From an uncultured Gammaproteobacteria bacterium (GTDB taxonomy: Bacteria; Patescibacteriota; Patescibacteriia; UBA9934), in the NCBI GenBank assembly GCA_964452565.1, contig CAYVLY010000001.1, positions 14,638-78,637 of the forward strand: DNA of 64,000 nt, read 5' to 3'. A program made the translations under genes and the position numbers. This document shows, piece by piece, positions 1 through 10,324 of this stretch (the stretch's first letter is position 1; every line of letters starts with the position of its first letter). The notes beneath the pieces are model-generated. The model did not search any database and was not told the DNA's origin. It worked only from the letters and a program-made list of their open reading frames with translations.

Positions 1-1
1 T

Positions 2-835
2 TCAGATATTGAATATGAATTAGGTTTTTTGAAGTTTTATCACGAGCAAGGATTTCCAGTACCAAAAATTCATTCAACACTTGCTGGTAAATTTTTTGAA
101 ACAATTGAAATCGATGGGGTAGAAAGATTCTGTGCTGTGTTAGATTTTATTAACGGAGATCTTGAACAAGATTACACACCGCAGATGGTCAAAGAAGTAG
201 CGCGAGCAATGGCTGAGAAGCATAAAGTTGCCCACAAATTTATTGAGCCAAATACGCGTCGATATCCTGGAACGATCATGCAGATGACCATGCAACGTAT
301 TGATGATATTACTGAACTTGCAAAAGAACATGGTGTGAAGGATATTACCGATGAGTTGAACTTTTTTTTCGATCTCGCTCAAGAGTTTAAGGAAAAGCAT
401 GCAGCGGCAGATCTCGACAGTCTCCCGGGTGGGATCATCCATGGAGATATCATGTTTCAAAATGTCCGGTTCAAAGATGAGAAACTAGTTGGTATCTTTG
501 ATTATGATAATTGCCGTTGGTCCCACTTTCTTGAGGATATTGTCAAAAGCATCTTCGACGAACAGTTTAGAATCGACGAAGAGATTGTTATGACTGCAGA
601 GCGTAACCAGGATCACATTGGATTATTCCTTCGTGAATATGAGACAGTGCGACTATTTACTGAAAAAGAAAAGGAATACCTACCGCTATTTTTCCAATCC
701 CGATTTATTTATCAAATTGCTAGAAATTTCCAAAAATACATTACCAGGTCAGATGATATTGGGGACACAATTCCTGTTTTAGTAAAAAGATACAATGAAA
801 ACAAAACCTTCTTCACAGAGCCATTTTATCAGTAA
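2..835 (+). CDS. APH/homoserine kinase type II-like phosphotransferase (5'-truncated by window edge)
   Basis: Frame is open from position 2; HGDIMFQN catalytic motif and IFDYD metal-binding motif. Confidence 0.8.
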   Translation, partial: SDIEYELGFLKFYHEQGFPVPKIHSTLAGKFFETIEIDGVERFCAVLDFINGDLEQDYTPQMVKEVARAMAEKHKVAHKFIEPNTRRYPGTIMQMTMQRIDDITELAKEHGVKDITDELNFFFDLAQEFKEKHAAADLDSLPGGIIHGDIMFQNVRFKDEKLVGIFDYDNCRWSHFLEDIVKSIFDEQFRIDEEIVMTAERNQDHIGLFLREYETVRLFTEKEKEYLPLFFQSRFIYQIARNFQKYITRSDDIGDTIPVLVKRYNENKTFFTEPFYQ

Positions 836-851
836 TTAAATTGTATTAGAG

Positions 852-879
852 AGCAATCGACATTTGTCGGTTGTTTTTT
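852..879 (+). terminator. intrinsic terminator
   Basis: agcaatcgaca/tgtcggttgtt stem followed by T tract after the stop codon. Confidence 0.6.
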
Positions 880-1005
880 GATAATTATGACTAAAGCTTT
901 ATCCTCAGGTGCCTGCATCTTTTTTCTGATCCAATGTTAGAATAATTATGTCAATCATTTTTAATAAAAACATGGCACAACGCGTGCCAATAATAAAAAC
1001 CGAGT

Positions 1006-4000
1006 ATGCAATCTAATAGGGGATTTTTTCGTGTTGATCGAAAAGACTGGGTAGCCAAGTTCATGGCTATTATCCTGGTTTTTATAATTACGAGCTCCAC
1101 GATTTTCTTAGCGTTTGACATTGATTTTGCAAATGCTACAGCGCCAACATTCTCAGTCATGGGATGGAAGGACGGACAAACAAAGGTTGTTCTGGAATTT
1201 GACAACCCTGTTGACAATGGGGCAGATTCAGCTCTGGACGCATCAGACTTTGTTGTATCAGGGGCAAATGCAATATCTATTAGCTCTGTTGATCATTATG
1301 CATGGGCAAATAGTATAATCATTACATTGTCAGGAAACCTTAATTCAGGGGGTGGAACAGATTTTACAATAGCTTGTGCTTCAAGTGCTGTTTATAATTC
1401 TGCTGATGAGGCATGTGGAGCAACAACCGTAAATGTTTATACTTCTGTTTCCGAAGATACAACTGGTCCGGTTGTCCAGCAGGTTGGAACAATGGGAACT
1501 GACGGTTTATATGTTGACTTTGATGAAATAGTTGCGCCAGCTACAATGGTTTCTGGAAACTTTACACTTACTACCTCTGCTGGTGGAGATGATTCAACGA
1601 TAACAGGATCCTCTGCATTTGATTTTGGAATAGATATACAAGCAAGTGGAGCAACTATTGCTTCAGGTTCTGGTAATACTATTCAAGTATCAACTAGCGT
1701 TACAGATATTTATGGCAATGCATCATTAGGAGAGACTATTACAATTTTGCCATCATTAGAGATTAGTGAGGTTAGTGTTGATGGAACAGGAAATGCAAAA
1801 AATGAGTTTATTGAGCTTTATAACTACGGCGATGCAGCTATCGATCTTTCAAACTTGAAGCTTCATATTTACACACACTCAGGCACATCTGATGTAAATG
1901 TGACACTCACACAGTTTGAAACATCAATTCCTTCAAATGGTTATTATTTGATTGGATCTAACTATTATTCATCTTCGACAGGGGTTGAAGCTGATGCTAC
2001 GTATTCATCTAGCGAGGCTACTATGGTTGCAGATGGGGCGGTTTATATTAGCTATTCAGCATCAGCAGACACAGATTTGATTGATATGGTTGGATGGGGA
2101 ACTTCTACAAAGAAAGAGGGTACCGCATTATCTAATGTAACAGCTGGTAGTAGTGTAGAGAGAATTTCTGATTTTGGTGCAACAGCTGCAACAATGGCCT
2201 CAGGTGGTATAGATGAATATAAGGGTAATGGATATGATGATTCAGAAAATTCAACAGATTTTGTAGTTCAAGCTACACCGGTTCCGCAAAATGCAAGCTC
2301 TGCAACAGAGTTTGCATATGGAACATCATTTAATGATGAGGGTGGAGATACATCAGCGCCTACTGTTTTGGATTCATACCCAAGTGCCTCTAGCGCATCA
2401 TATATACCTGCAGATCTGGACATGGCCGGAGTTTCATTTAGTGAGTCGATGGATGACACTTCTTTAACAACCTCAACGATCCAGCTATATCTAGATAGCG
2501 CACCAGGAGTTAATCTGTGTCAAACAGTGAGCTATGATTCAGCAAGTGGTTATGTGATGTGTTATATAAACAGTGCATCATTGCCACTAGCCAGCTCCGC
2601 GCATACTTTCAAAGTTACTACAGGAGCTACTGATATAACTGGAAATGCTCTTGGGTCAGAATATTCAGTAGGGTTTACACCTCTTTCAGGTGAATCATTT
2701 GATTCAACAGCAGCGCCTTATATGATTGGCTCATATCCAATGGATGGATCATCAAGTTTTCCACCAAGCTCAGACTACATGACGATTGATTTTTCTGGAT
2801 CTTTGAGTGCTGCGACTGTCACAACAAGCAATATTACTTTGACAAATCAGGATACAAGTGAAGCAGTTGTGCTTACAGGTATTTCAACACAGACGCTAGA
2901 AGATGCAGATGATTCAGTTATGATAGATGTTTCAGGTGTTACCCTTGGAACAGGAACTAATTATAGGTTGGCAGTTACATCTGATGTTACATCTGCCACT
3001 GGAGTCGCACTGGCGGCCTTTAACATTGATTTCCAAACTGACAGCACTAGCGATCTCACTGGACCACAGGTTATGGGAAGTGAGCCAAGCTCTGCAGAAA
3101 CTGGAGTTGCGGTTGGTAATACGGCGATTCTTATATCATTTGACGAGGGTCTTGACACATCTAGTGTAGATACTGATTCAGTTAAGCTTTATCAAAGTTC
3201 AGATGAAATGTCTGTCTCAGTTAATTACTATTCTTCCTATAATGAGATCGAGATTGTATCAGGGACAGTATTTGAGGCTAGTACGATCTATACTGTAAGA
3301 CTTGACGCTTCTGGAGCAGCAAATCAGATTACAAACACCTCAGGCCTGGCACTTCAAGATACAGACGGTGTTAGTGATAATTACTATTCATTTAGCTTTA
3401 CAACTGGATCAGCAGACTCGACAGCGCCAGATGTAATGTATGCGACCGCTACGCAAAGCAATGTTTCTGTTACATTTACAGAGTCAATGCGTGAATCAAA
3501 GATAACTGACCTGGATAACTGGTCATTAGAAAGTCCGGTTGGTACATCAGTCCCATTGTCGGCGTTAGCTGGAGGTTCTGTTAGTTGGGATGCGGATTCA
3601 TTTACTGCAGAAATTACAGGGATTAGTCTTACGGCAGATGATACATTTCAGATTACGGCCACAACTGCACTTCAGGACATGTCAGGAAATGCATTATCAA
3701 CAAGCAAGGTATTTGGTGGAACGGTTTTCGACTCTGCAGTTTATGGAGATTCAATGGGCCCAGATGATGGATTTAGTGGAGAGATCTACGATTTCCCAGC
3801 AGGATATAGTACTGATGATTTTGGATATGTGCCCCAGGCATCTGTATTCCCAATGAATGCGATGGCAGGTACATCATCCAACTATATTGTTGATTTCCCA
3901 ATTTCAGAGCAAATTAGATCAAGCGCAAATAACGGAAAGGTAGTCCTAACATTCCCTTCAGGATTTGATGTAACAAACGTTGCTGGAGTTACAGGTAACT

Positions 4001-7000
4001 ATGTAAACGATGACGTTAATGGTTATGCACCAGGAACAGTGGCTGTGAATAGTGTTACAGCAAACGTATCTGCAAGGACTGTAACTGTTGATTTTTCAAT
4101 AGCTACTACTTGTGGGTCAGGTAATACAGATCCTTGTGTATCAGGAGATGAGTATGATTACATTAGCTTTGATTTGGAGGGAATTGTGAATACAGATCAG
4201 CCAAGAGACTGGGAGACTTCAGGATATACAATTGATGTTAAGACAATGACAAGTACAACGGTTAATGAAACATTAACCTCAATGCCGTTTTATATAACAG
4301 CAGCTGGAGATAGTTCTTTGGTGGTTGATTTGACTGCTGCTGCTCAGACAAGTGGAACAACAGATGTTCACATCTGGTCTCCGACAACTGGTGAGATGGT
4401 TCAGGCTATAAACTTTGCGACTGAAGCAGATGGAACTGCTCAAACAACATTCACAGGATTGCCTGATGATTACTTTGAGGTTTGGACAGAAGACAGCATT
4501 CTTTCACTAGGAGGGGCTACTGATAACTTTCTGGGAGTGTCAGGTGATCAAGTTTATGTAACGGGCGCCACAACCAAGAGCATTACACTTCTTGCAACAA
4601 GTGGACTTACCGATGTTACTGTGAATATCACAGGGGCAACTGAAAAGTCTATAGATATATGGGCTAGTGGACCTAATGGATTCCAAGAAAAAGAAGTTGC
4701 AAGCACTGATGGATCTGATACATTAACCTTCAAGTTATCAGATGGAGATTGGTTCTTTGGTGTTGGTCCTCACATGCCAGACGATGGTGGATATATGATG
4801 CCTGAACCGCCAGACTATGTTATTTCACCTAATGATGTTCAAGTGAATGTAGATGGAGCAACTGTTACTGAAACTAGTGGAACAGCAAATGACGGTACAG
4901 TTGCATTTGCACTTACAGCAGCGGATTATGCTGTAGTAGTGAATGTTGTTGATGATTCAGGAAATGCAATAATGGACGCAATGGTTTATATGGACTCTAC
5001 CCAGGCTGGGTGGGGAACGTTTGGTCAAACTTCTGGAGCTGGATCAGCAACTTTAAATGTAAATGAAGGAACATATCGTGTTGGAGCATTCCTTGATGGT
5101 GTTCCACCGACTCGTGAGGTTCAAGTCAGAATAGATAGCACTGGAACAATATTCCAAGAAGGTACAGAGGTTTCAACTATCACACTAGAGCTTTCAAAGG
5201 GAGCCCAAGCTATCAGTGGAACGGTCACAGACGGAACAAATGCTGTATCAGGAGCATCAGTTCACGCATTTTGTACTGCAAACTGTGTTGGATACTTTGA
5301 TGCAGGAACTATAACTTCATCGAACGGAACTTACTCGCTTTATGTTGGAAATGGAACCTGGAAAGTTGAAGCATACATTCCAGGCTATGGTCCAACAGCA
5401 CAAACTACAGTAACAATAAACAATGCTGATGAAGATGGAATAAACTTAGCGCCAGACAGTACAGCTACGTTTAGAACTATTTCAGGAACAGTGTGCGAAG
5501 TGGCTGGCGGTGGATCTGATTGTACTGCGGCAACTGGGCTTGATGGAATTGAAGTTTATGCATGGAGCCCTAATGGAGGAAGTAACTTTGTACAAACTGG
5601 AGATGATGGAACTTATTCTTTGCGCGTCCCTGCTGCCTCAGGATACACGGTTGAGGCCTGGGACCCACACAGTGGACCACTTCCAATACTGACAAGTGTT
5701 GATACAACCTCTGCAAATCAAAGCAGCCAGGATATTGTTATTGACACACCAGAAACTGTAACGGTTAATCTTAAGGATTCATCAGGTTCTGCTGTGACCA
5801 TGGGTGAGGTATTTGTAGAGTTCTTTGATGATTCTGCAGATATTAGACAGCATTTATTTATTGAAAGTGCCAGCACTGCAGATATTGATTTACCTGAAGG
5901 GACTTATGATGTGTTTGTCTATACACATGGAGTTGAGGTTGATGAAAGCTCAGATGTATTAACAGACGATGCCGGTACAACAACAGTGTCAGCTGGAGTC
6001 TTGACAGTTGATGGAGCTGAAACAATGCAGATTCAGATGCCAGATCTAAGCACTGTATCAGGAACATTGACTGATGGAACAGATCCTATTACCAATGCTT
6101 ATGTTGAGCTTTCTGATTCGACTAATGGTGTATATATTGGAACTGAGACAGATTCATCAGGAGATTATTCAATTTCAGTGCCAGATGGAACATATCAGGT
6201 AAATGCTTTTAACCCAGGTCTAGTTCTAACTCCAGAAACTATAACTGTGGCAGGTGCTAATGTTGTAAATACTGATCTCGCAGGTTCAATATCTGACCAA
6301 ACAATTAGCGGTACTATCACAGATTTGAATGGTTCAGCTGTTCCATATGCCTTTGTTGAAGCTATAAAAGAAGGTGGTGGATTTACTGCAGTTCAAGCTG
6401 ATGCTGATGGAGAATATTCATTGCCAGTAGATGATGGAACATGGGAGCTAGCTGCAATTGGACATGGATACGATGCTGTATCAGTAGCAACAGAGGTATC
6501 TATCAGCGGAAGTTCATCAACATCAAACGACATTCAGTTTACTACGCTTGCAACTGGACTTAATGAGCCTACTATAAAATCAATTACTCCAGCAGATGGT
6601 GGTACAGTACAAGATTCAGATCTAGGGCTTACTGTGAGCATTCCAGGAAATGCAACAAGTAATTCTGAAAGCGCGGGAACTGTTACTGTAAAAGAGACAA
6701 ATAATGTTGTAAATACTGCAACAGTGGATGTGATTGGAAATGGATTTGAAGTATCAATGGTAGATGCTGGAGGAACAGTTCTTTCTTCAGGATTTGATGA
6801 AGAGGTAACAATCACACGAACTATATCAGTTGTAGACCTAGTAGCAGCAAATAGTATTGATACATATGCAGAAGCAGAAGATCTGACAATTTCATACTTC
6901 TCAGGAAATGGAACATGGATTCCAGAAAACACAACAACAACATATCTTGATGCAAGTGGTGATACAGTTGCATCACCTGCGACAGATTTGTCAAATGTTA

Positions 7001-8187
7001 CAGATGTGCAATTTACAATGGCTGTAGATCACTTTACTGTGTTTTCTATCACGGTCCCATCTGATGGGCTTGCACCAGCAGCGCCAACAGGTGTTGCAGT
7101 CTCTGATAATATGCTGGGAGGTGTACTAGTTTCATGGAGCGCTGTAACTACAAACTCAGATTCTTCAGCAATTTCAGATTTGCTTGGATATGAGGTGTAT
7201 CGCGATACTAGCGCTGGTGGTTCGTTTACAACACAGGTAAATACAGCGGATGTTCTCACCACATCGTTTACCGATTCTACTGTCTCGGTTGGAACAACAT
7301 ATTATTATAAGGTTACTGCAGCAGATACAGGTGGTCTTGAGTCTTCAAAGTCAACTGCTTCAAGTGGTATTGCAGCTGCAGCCGCAAGCCCGGCTGCTTC
7401 AAGTGGAGGTAGTAGTAGCTCGTCAAGTTCTGATACTAGCGATGATGAAGATGACGAGGTAGAAGAAGTTATAGAAACTGAAGAGGACGAAGAAGAGAGT
7501 GATTCAGAAGCTTTATCAGACATAGTGTCAGAGCTATATCCATCGATCGAAGATGCAGAAGCAATGTTGCCAGAAAGTACAGATATTGGGGATCTAGTAA
7601 AATCAGAATCATTATCAACGGTATATGTATTAGGTGGTGATGGAAAGCGACATCCATTCCCTAATGAACTCACATTCTTCTCTTGGTACACAACATTTGA
7701 GAGTGTGAAAGTTGTATCAGATTCTGACTTAAGTTCAATATCTCTAGGAGGCCCTGTGCGAGTTCGTCCAGGAACTTGGATGATAATGATTCAAAGTGAT
7801 CCAAAAGTCTATGCAGTGGAGCCTGGTGGCGTTATACGATGGGTTGAGACTGAAGAGGTAGCAACGGCGTTGTGGGGAGATACATGGAATCAAAAGATTA
7901 TAGATGTAGAACCAACATTCTTTAATAAGTACACAATTGGAGAGTCAATCTCAGATTCAACACTACATCCGCTCGGATCAGTTGTGCGATCGTCAGATGA
8001 CTCTGCATATTATCTTGCAGAAGATGGAACGATTAGATTGTTTGAGGATGAAGATGCTGTTCGTGATAATAATATTCAAACAAGGTTTGAATTACATGCA
8101 ACAACAGAAGATCTGGCAAAAACGATTGGGGATGTAATCTCTGGGCTAGAAGATGTGCTATTCATCTATCAAGACATTGGACGATAG
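1006..8187 (+). CDS. giant surface protein: N-terminal TM/signal, Big_5-type Ig-like repeats, lamin-tail-like domain, carboxypeptidase-regulatory-like repeats, FN3, acidic linker, conserved C-terminal domain
   Basis: DTTGP/DTSAP...FSESMD Ig repeats; ISEV...NEFIELYN lamin-tail motif; ISGTVTDG...G.Y repeats; GYEVYR...FTDSTV..GTTYYYKVTA FN3; S/T/D-rich. Confidence 0.8.
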   Translation: MQSNRGFFRVDRKDWVAKFMAIILVFIITSSTIFLAFDIDFANATAPTFSVMGWKDGQTKVVLEFDNPVDNGADSALDASDFVVSGANAISISSVDHYAWANSIIITLSGNLNSGGGTDFTIACASSAVYNSADEACGATTVNVYTSVSEDTTGPVVQQVGTMGTDGLYVDFDEIVAPATMVSGNFTLTTSAGGDDSTITGSSAFDFGIDIQASGATIASGSGNTIQVSTSVTDIYGNASLGETITILPSLEISEVSVDGTGNAKNEFIELYNYGDAAIDLSNLKLHIYTHSGTSDVNVTLTQFETSIPSNGYYLIGSNYYSSSTGVEADATYSSSEATMVADGAVYISYSASADTDLIDMVGWGTSTKKEGTALSNVTAGSSVERISDFGATAATMASGGIDEYKGNGYDDSENSTDFVVQATPVPQNASSATEFAYGTSFNDEGGDTSAPTVLDSYPSASSASYIPADLDMAGVSFSESMDDTSLTTSTIQLYLDSAPGVNLCQTVSYDSASGYVMCYINSASLPLASSAHTFKVTTGATDITGNALGSEYSVGFTPLSGESFDSTAAPYMIGSYPMDGSSSFPPSSDYMTIDFSGSLSAATVTTSNITLTNQDTSEAVVLTGISTQTLEDADDSVMIDVSGVTLGTGTNYRLAVTSDVTSATGVALAAFNIDFQTDSTSDLTGPQVMGSEPSSAETGVAVGNTAILISFDEGLDTSSVDTDSVKLYQSSDEMSVSVNYYSSYNEIEIVSGTVFEASTIYTVRLDASGAANQITNTSGLALQDTDGVSDNYYSFSFTTGSADSTAPDVMYATATQSNVSVTFTESMRESKITDLDNWSLESPVGTSVPLSALAGGSVSWDADSFTAEITGISLTADDTFQITATTALQDMSGNALSTSKVFGGTVFDSAVYGDSMGPDDGFSGEIYDFPAGYSTDDFGYVPQASVFPMNAMAGTSSNYIVDFPISEQIRSSANNGKVVLTFPSGFDVTNVAGVTGNYVNDDVNGYAPGTVAVNSVTANVSARTVTVDFSIATTCGSGNTDPCVSGDEYDYISFDLEGIVNTDQPRDWETSGYTIDVKTMTSTTVNETLTSMPFYITAAGDSSLVVDLTAAAQTSGTTDVHIWSPTTGEMVQAINFATEADGTAQTTFTGLPDDYFEVWTEDSILSLGGATDNFLGVSGDQVYVTGATTKSITLLATSGLTDVTVNITGATEKSIDIWASGPNGFQEKEVASTDGSDTLTFKLSDGDWFFGVGPHMPDDGGYMMPEPPDYVISPNDVQVNVDGATVTETSGTANDGTVAFALTAADYAVVVNVVDDSGNAIMDAMVYMDSTQAGWGTFGQTSGAGSATLNVNEGTYRVGAFLDGVPPTREVQVRIDSTGTIFQEGTEVSTITLELSKGAQAISGTVTDGTNAVSGASVHAFCTANCVGYFDAGTITSSNGTYSLYVGNGTWKVEAYIPGYGPTAQTTVTINNADEDGINLAPDSTATFRTISGTVCEVAGGGSDCTAATGLDGIEVYAWSPNGGSNFVQTGDDGTYSLRVPAASGYTVEAWDPHSGPLPILTSVDTTSANQSSQDIVIDTPETVTVNLKDSSGSAVTMGEVFVEFFDDSADIRQHLFIESASTADIDLPEGTYDVFVYTHGVEVDESSDVLTDDAGTTTVSAGVLTVDGAETMQIQMPDLSTVSGTLTDGTDPITNAYVELSDSTNGVYIGTETDSSGDYSISVPDGTYQVNAFNPGLVLTPETITVAGANVVNTDLAGSISDQTISGTITDLNGSAVPYAFVEAIKEGGGFTAVQADADGEYSLPVDDGTWELAAIGHGYDAVSVATEVSISGSSSTSNDIQFTTLATGLNEPTIKSITPADGGTVQDSDLGLTVSIPGNATSNSESAGTVTVKETNNVVNTATVDVIGNGFEVSMVDAGGTVLSSGFDEEVTITRTISVVDLVAANSIDTYAEAEDLTISYFSGNGTWIPENTTTTYLDASGDTVASPATDLSNVTDVQFTMAVDHFTVFSITVPSDGLAPAAPTGVAVSDNMLGGVLVSWSAVTTNSDSSAISDLLGYEVYRDTSAGGSFTTQVNTADVLTTSFTDSTVSVGTTYYYKVTAADTGGLESSKSTASSGIAAAAASPAASSGGSSSSSSSDTSDDEDDEVEEVIETEEDEEESDSEALSDIVSELYPSIEDAEAMLPESTDIGDLVKSESLSTVYVLGGDGKRHPFPNELTFFSWYTTFESVKVVSDSDLSSISLGGPVRVRPGTWMIMIQSDPKVYAVEPGGVIRWVETEEVATALWGDTWNQKIIDVEPTFFNKYTIGESISDSTLHPLGSVVRSSDDSAYYLAEDGTIRLFEDEDAVRDNNIQTRFELHATTEDLAKTIGDVISGLEDVLFIYQDIGR

Positions 8188-8197
8188 AATTCAATCA

Positions 8198-8226
8198 GAA
8201 ACAACCGCCCAAAAGGCGGTTGTTTT
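8198..8226 (+). terminator. intrinsic terminator
   Basis: aaacaaccgcc-caaaa-ggcggttgttt. Confidence 0.75.
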
Positions 8227-8279
8227 GCTTTAAGCAGTGAACCCCGCCAAGTGGCGGGGGTGTGAGGTAGTAGAGACCT

Positions 8280-8765
8280 CTAGGTGAGGCGTGCATCGAG
8301 GTCAATCAGCCGGGGCGCTCCAGGTCCTTGCCACCAGAGCATTCCTCGAGACTGCTCAGGAGTCAGTACGACCTGTGCGATAGCCCATTCGAAAAAAGGG
8401 TAGTCGTCGAACCGTTCGAACATTCCTCCAATGCACCAGCGGATGAGCATGACGAGCTGAGCATCCTGACGCCTGCGATAGAGCTCAATCCAGGTCATGT
8501 CCTGGCCTGCTGGCATACGGGTGTAGAACGCACGATATCTTCTGGGGTACTGTGCGCGACCATCCCGCCACCAGAGCCAGTCTTCAGGACCGAGGTTGAC
8601 TCGCTCACCGAGGTGAAGAGGAAGAAGGTGCAGGCGGGCGCATCTAAGGTCGGGGGTCTCCTGCCATAGCAGGGGTACCCGGACCCCATCGACCTGGGCC
8701 ACGAGTCGATTCCAAAGCCTGCCCATTTTGTGATCATCAGTTTCTATCTGTGCGGTGATATCCAT
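8280..8765 (-). CDS. hypothetical Trp/Arg-rich protein (GC-rich cassette 1)
   Basis: GGAGG upstream of ATG, promoter TTTACA-17-TAAGCT, 3' hairpin at 8241-8261. Confidence 0.7.
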   Translation of the reverse strand: MDITAQIETDDHKMGRLWNRLVAQVDGVRVPLLWQETPDLRCARLHLLPLHLGERVNLGPEDWLWWRDGRAQYPRRYRAFYTRMPAGQDMTWIELYRRRQDAQLVMLIRWCIGGMFERFDDYPFFEWAIAQVVLTPEQSRGMLWWQGPGAPRLIDLDARLT

Positions 8766-8793
8766 GGTTCCTCCAGGTTTGGGTGCTATATTT

Positions 8794-8822
8794 AGCTTAG
8801 CAGCGGATCGTAAAGCTGTAAA
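8794..8822 (-). promoter_or_regulatory. sigma70-type promoter of cassette 1
   Basis: TTTACA-17 bp-TAAGCT on minus strand. Confidence 0.55.
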
Positions 8823-8852
8823 ATCGTTTTAGCTGTGATACCATAAGCCCGT

Positions 8853-9659
8853 ATGAAGCCCAGCCAAAAGAAGGATCTCAATTATATAAAAGATAAGGTC
8901 GACAACATGGTTGTTGATTTGGGTGAGCGGATTGAGGATCTTGTCAGTATCACGCCAGTGGGGTCTTGCGTAGAGGGTGGTGAGTACTCTGAGTTAAATG
9001 ACTATGATCTTGTTTTTGTTTTTAATACACTAAAAAAGAACTATTACGACAGGGTTGTTGATGAATTGAGCAAACTTGCTAAAGAACTTTCAACAGATGA
9101 GATCGGTGTTATTGTCGAGACTCGTGCTGGATCAGTAAAAACAAAAACAGATAGGCCGATCACTTTTCAAATCCATGCAGTTTTTTTAGATCGGGCTGGG
9201 CTTCGATTATATGAAGATGAGTGTCCAATTGTTTTATATGATTGGTATCGATCAGATTCCATATATGGCAAGCGTCTTGATGAGATTTCATCATGCCAGA
9301 GAACTGTTGAAGATGTGATTCGGTCTTTTGGTGGGATAAATCAATGGGAGAATCGATTACGATCTAAGATGCAGGGTGCGTATAAGATTGTTTTTCAAGA
9401 GGACGGTTCGTATACAGTTAAAGATTCCGTGTTTCCAGTTGAAGATTGGCAAATGGAATCTGAGATCAAGAAAGCAGTCACAATGCCCATGAGGCATCTC
9501 TATAAGGTTGTAAAAGAAAAGAATGAGCGCCCGAGTAATGAAGAGCTGCAAGTGTTTGCACAAGAGACCTTTAATATTGATCTTGAGAAGATAACAACAG
9601 TTGATCTTGCATTAGAGGCCTTGGAGACAATAAAGAAAAGGCTAGATAAAGAATTATGA
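8853..9659 (+). CDS. Pol-beta-like nucleotidyltransferase domain protein
   Basis: VGS...NDYDLVFV (GS plus DxD) near the N-terminus; helical C-terminus. Confidence 0.55.
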   Translation: MKPSQKKDLNYIKDKVDNMVVDLGERIEDLVSITPVGSCVEGGEYSELNDYDLVFVFNTLKKNYYDRVVDELSKLAKELSTDEIGVIVETRAGSVKTKTDRPITFQIHAVFLDRAGLRLYEDECPIVLYDWYRSDSIYGKRLDEISSCQRTVEDVIRSFGGINQWENRLRSKMQGAYKIVFQEDGSYTVKDSVFPVEDWQMESEIKKAVTMPMRHLYKVVKEKNERPSNEELQVFAQETFNIDLEKITTVDLALEALETIKKRLDKEL

Positions 9660-9696
9660 AAGAAGAATCAAATTAAGTAATTTTAACCTATAAATT

Positions 9697-10071
9697 ATGT
9701 CAGGATTTTACGTTGATCTTGAGCAAAAGACGCTTGAGAATGAGAATTACCGCGAGGTTTTGTTTACTGGACCTAAAAGTCAGTTGGTTGTAATGAGTAT
9801 TGAGCCAGGTGATGAGATTGGAATGGAAGTTCATGAGGATCATGATCAGTTTATACGTATCGAGGCGGGTGAGGGAAAAGCAAGTATCGACGGCGAGGAA
9901 TTTGATTTTAAAGACGGCGGTGCGATAGTCGTACCGGCAGGCGCAGAGCATAACGTCTGGAACGTATCGGGCGAATCGAAACTAAAGCTTTATACAGTCT
10001 ATACACCGCCAGAGCATGCTGATGGAACGATACACGCGACAAAAGCAGATGATACAGGGCATGGTCATTAG
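9697..10071 (+). CDS. cupin domain protein
   Basis: EVHEDHDQFIRIEAGEG and VPAGAEHNV cupin motifs. Confidence 0.9.
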   Translation: MSGFYVDLEQKTLENENYREVLFTGPKSQLVVMSIEPGDEIGMEVHEDHDQFIRIEAGEGKASIDGEEFDFKDGGAIVVPAGAEHNVWNVSGESKLKLYTVYTPPEHADGTIHATKADDTGHGH

Positions 10072-10075
10072 TTCA

Positions 10076-10110
10076 ATAAAAATCGCGGTTCGATCGAATC
10101 GCGATTTTTT
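10076..10110. terminator. bidirectional terminator hairpin
   Basis: aaaaatcgcggttc-gatc-gaatcgcgattttt. Confidence 0.7.
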
Positions 10111-10141
10111 GGTTGAACCAACCCAGCTGAACCAAGTTTTC

Positions 10142-10170
10142 TTGACTTTTTGGTAGTTCCCCCCTATTTT
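10142..10170 (+). promoter_or_regulatory. sigma70-type promoter of cassette 2
   Basis: TTGACT-17 bp-TATTTT. Confidence 0.5.
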
Positions 10171-10324
10171 TAAAGGGCTGTTGGGGGTGTCTGACCCCCT
10201 ACGGAAGACAGCGCGTTGTTGGATGCTGGGGCATTTTCGACAGTTCGGTCGATTTTGTTCTGTCTGCCAAGGCGCGTATTCCAACTTGTTGCCTGCACGG
10301 CAGGGGCAAGGAGAGGAGTCGGAA

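Noticed and set aside
10181-10324. Upstream start extensions in the ORF track (also 15752, 17740, 24791, 28599, 30498, 31433, 58637)
   Set aside because: They run through promoters, leaders or upstream genes; downstream ATGs fit SD, -10 spacing or family N-termini better.
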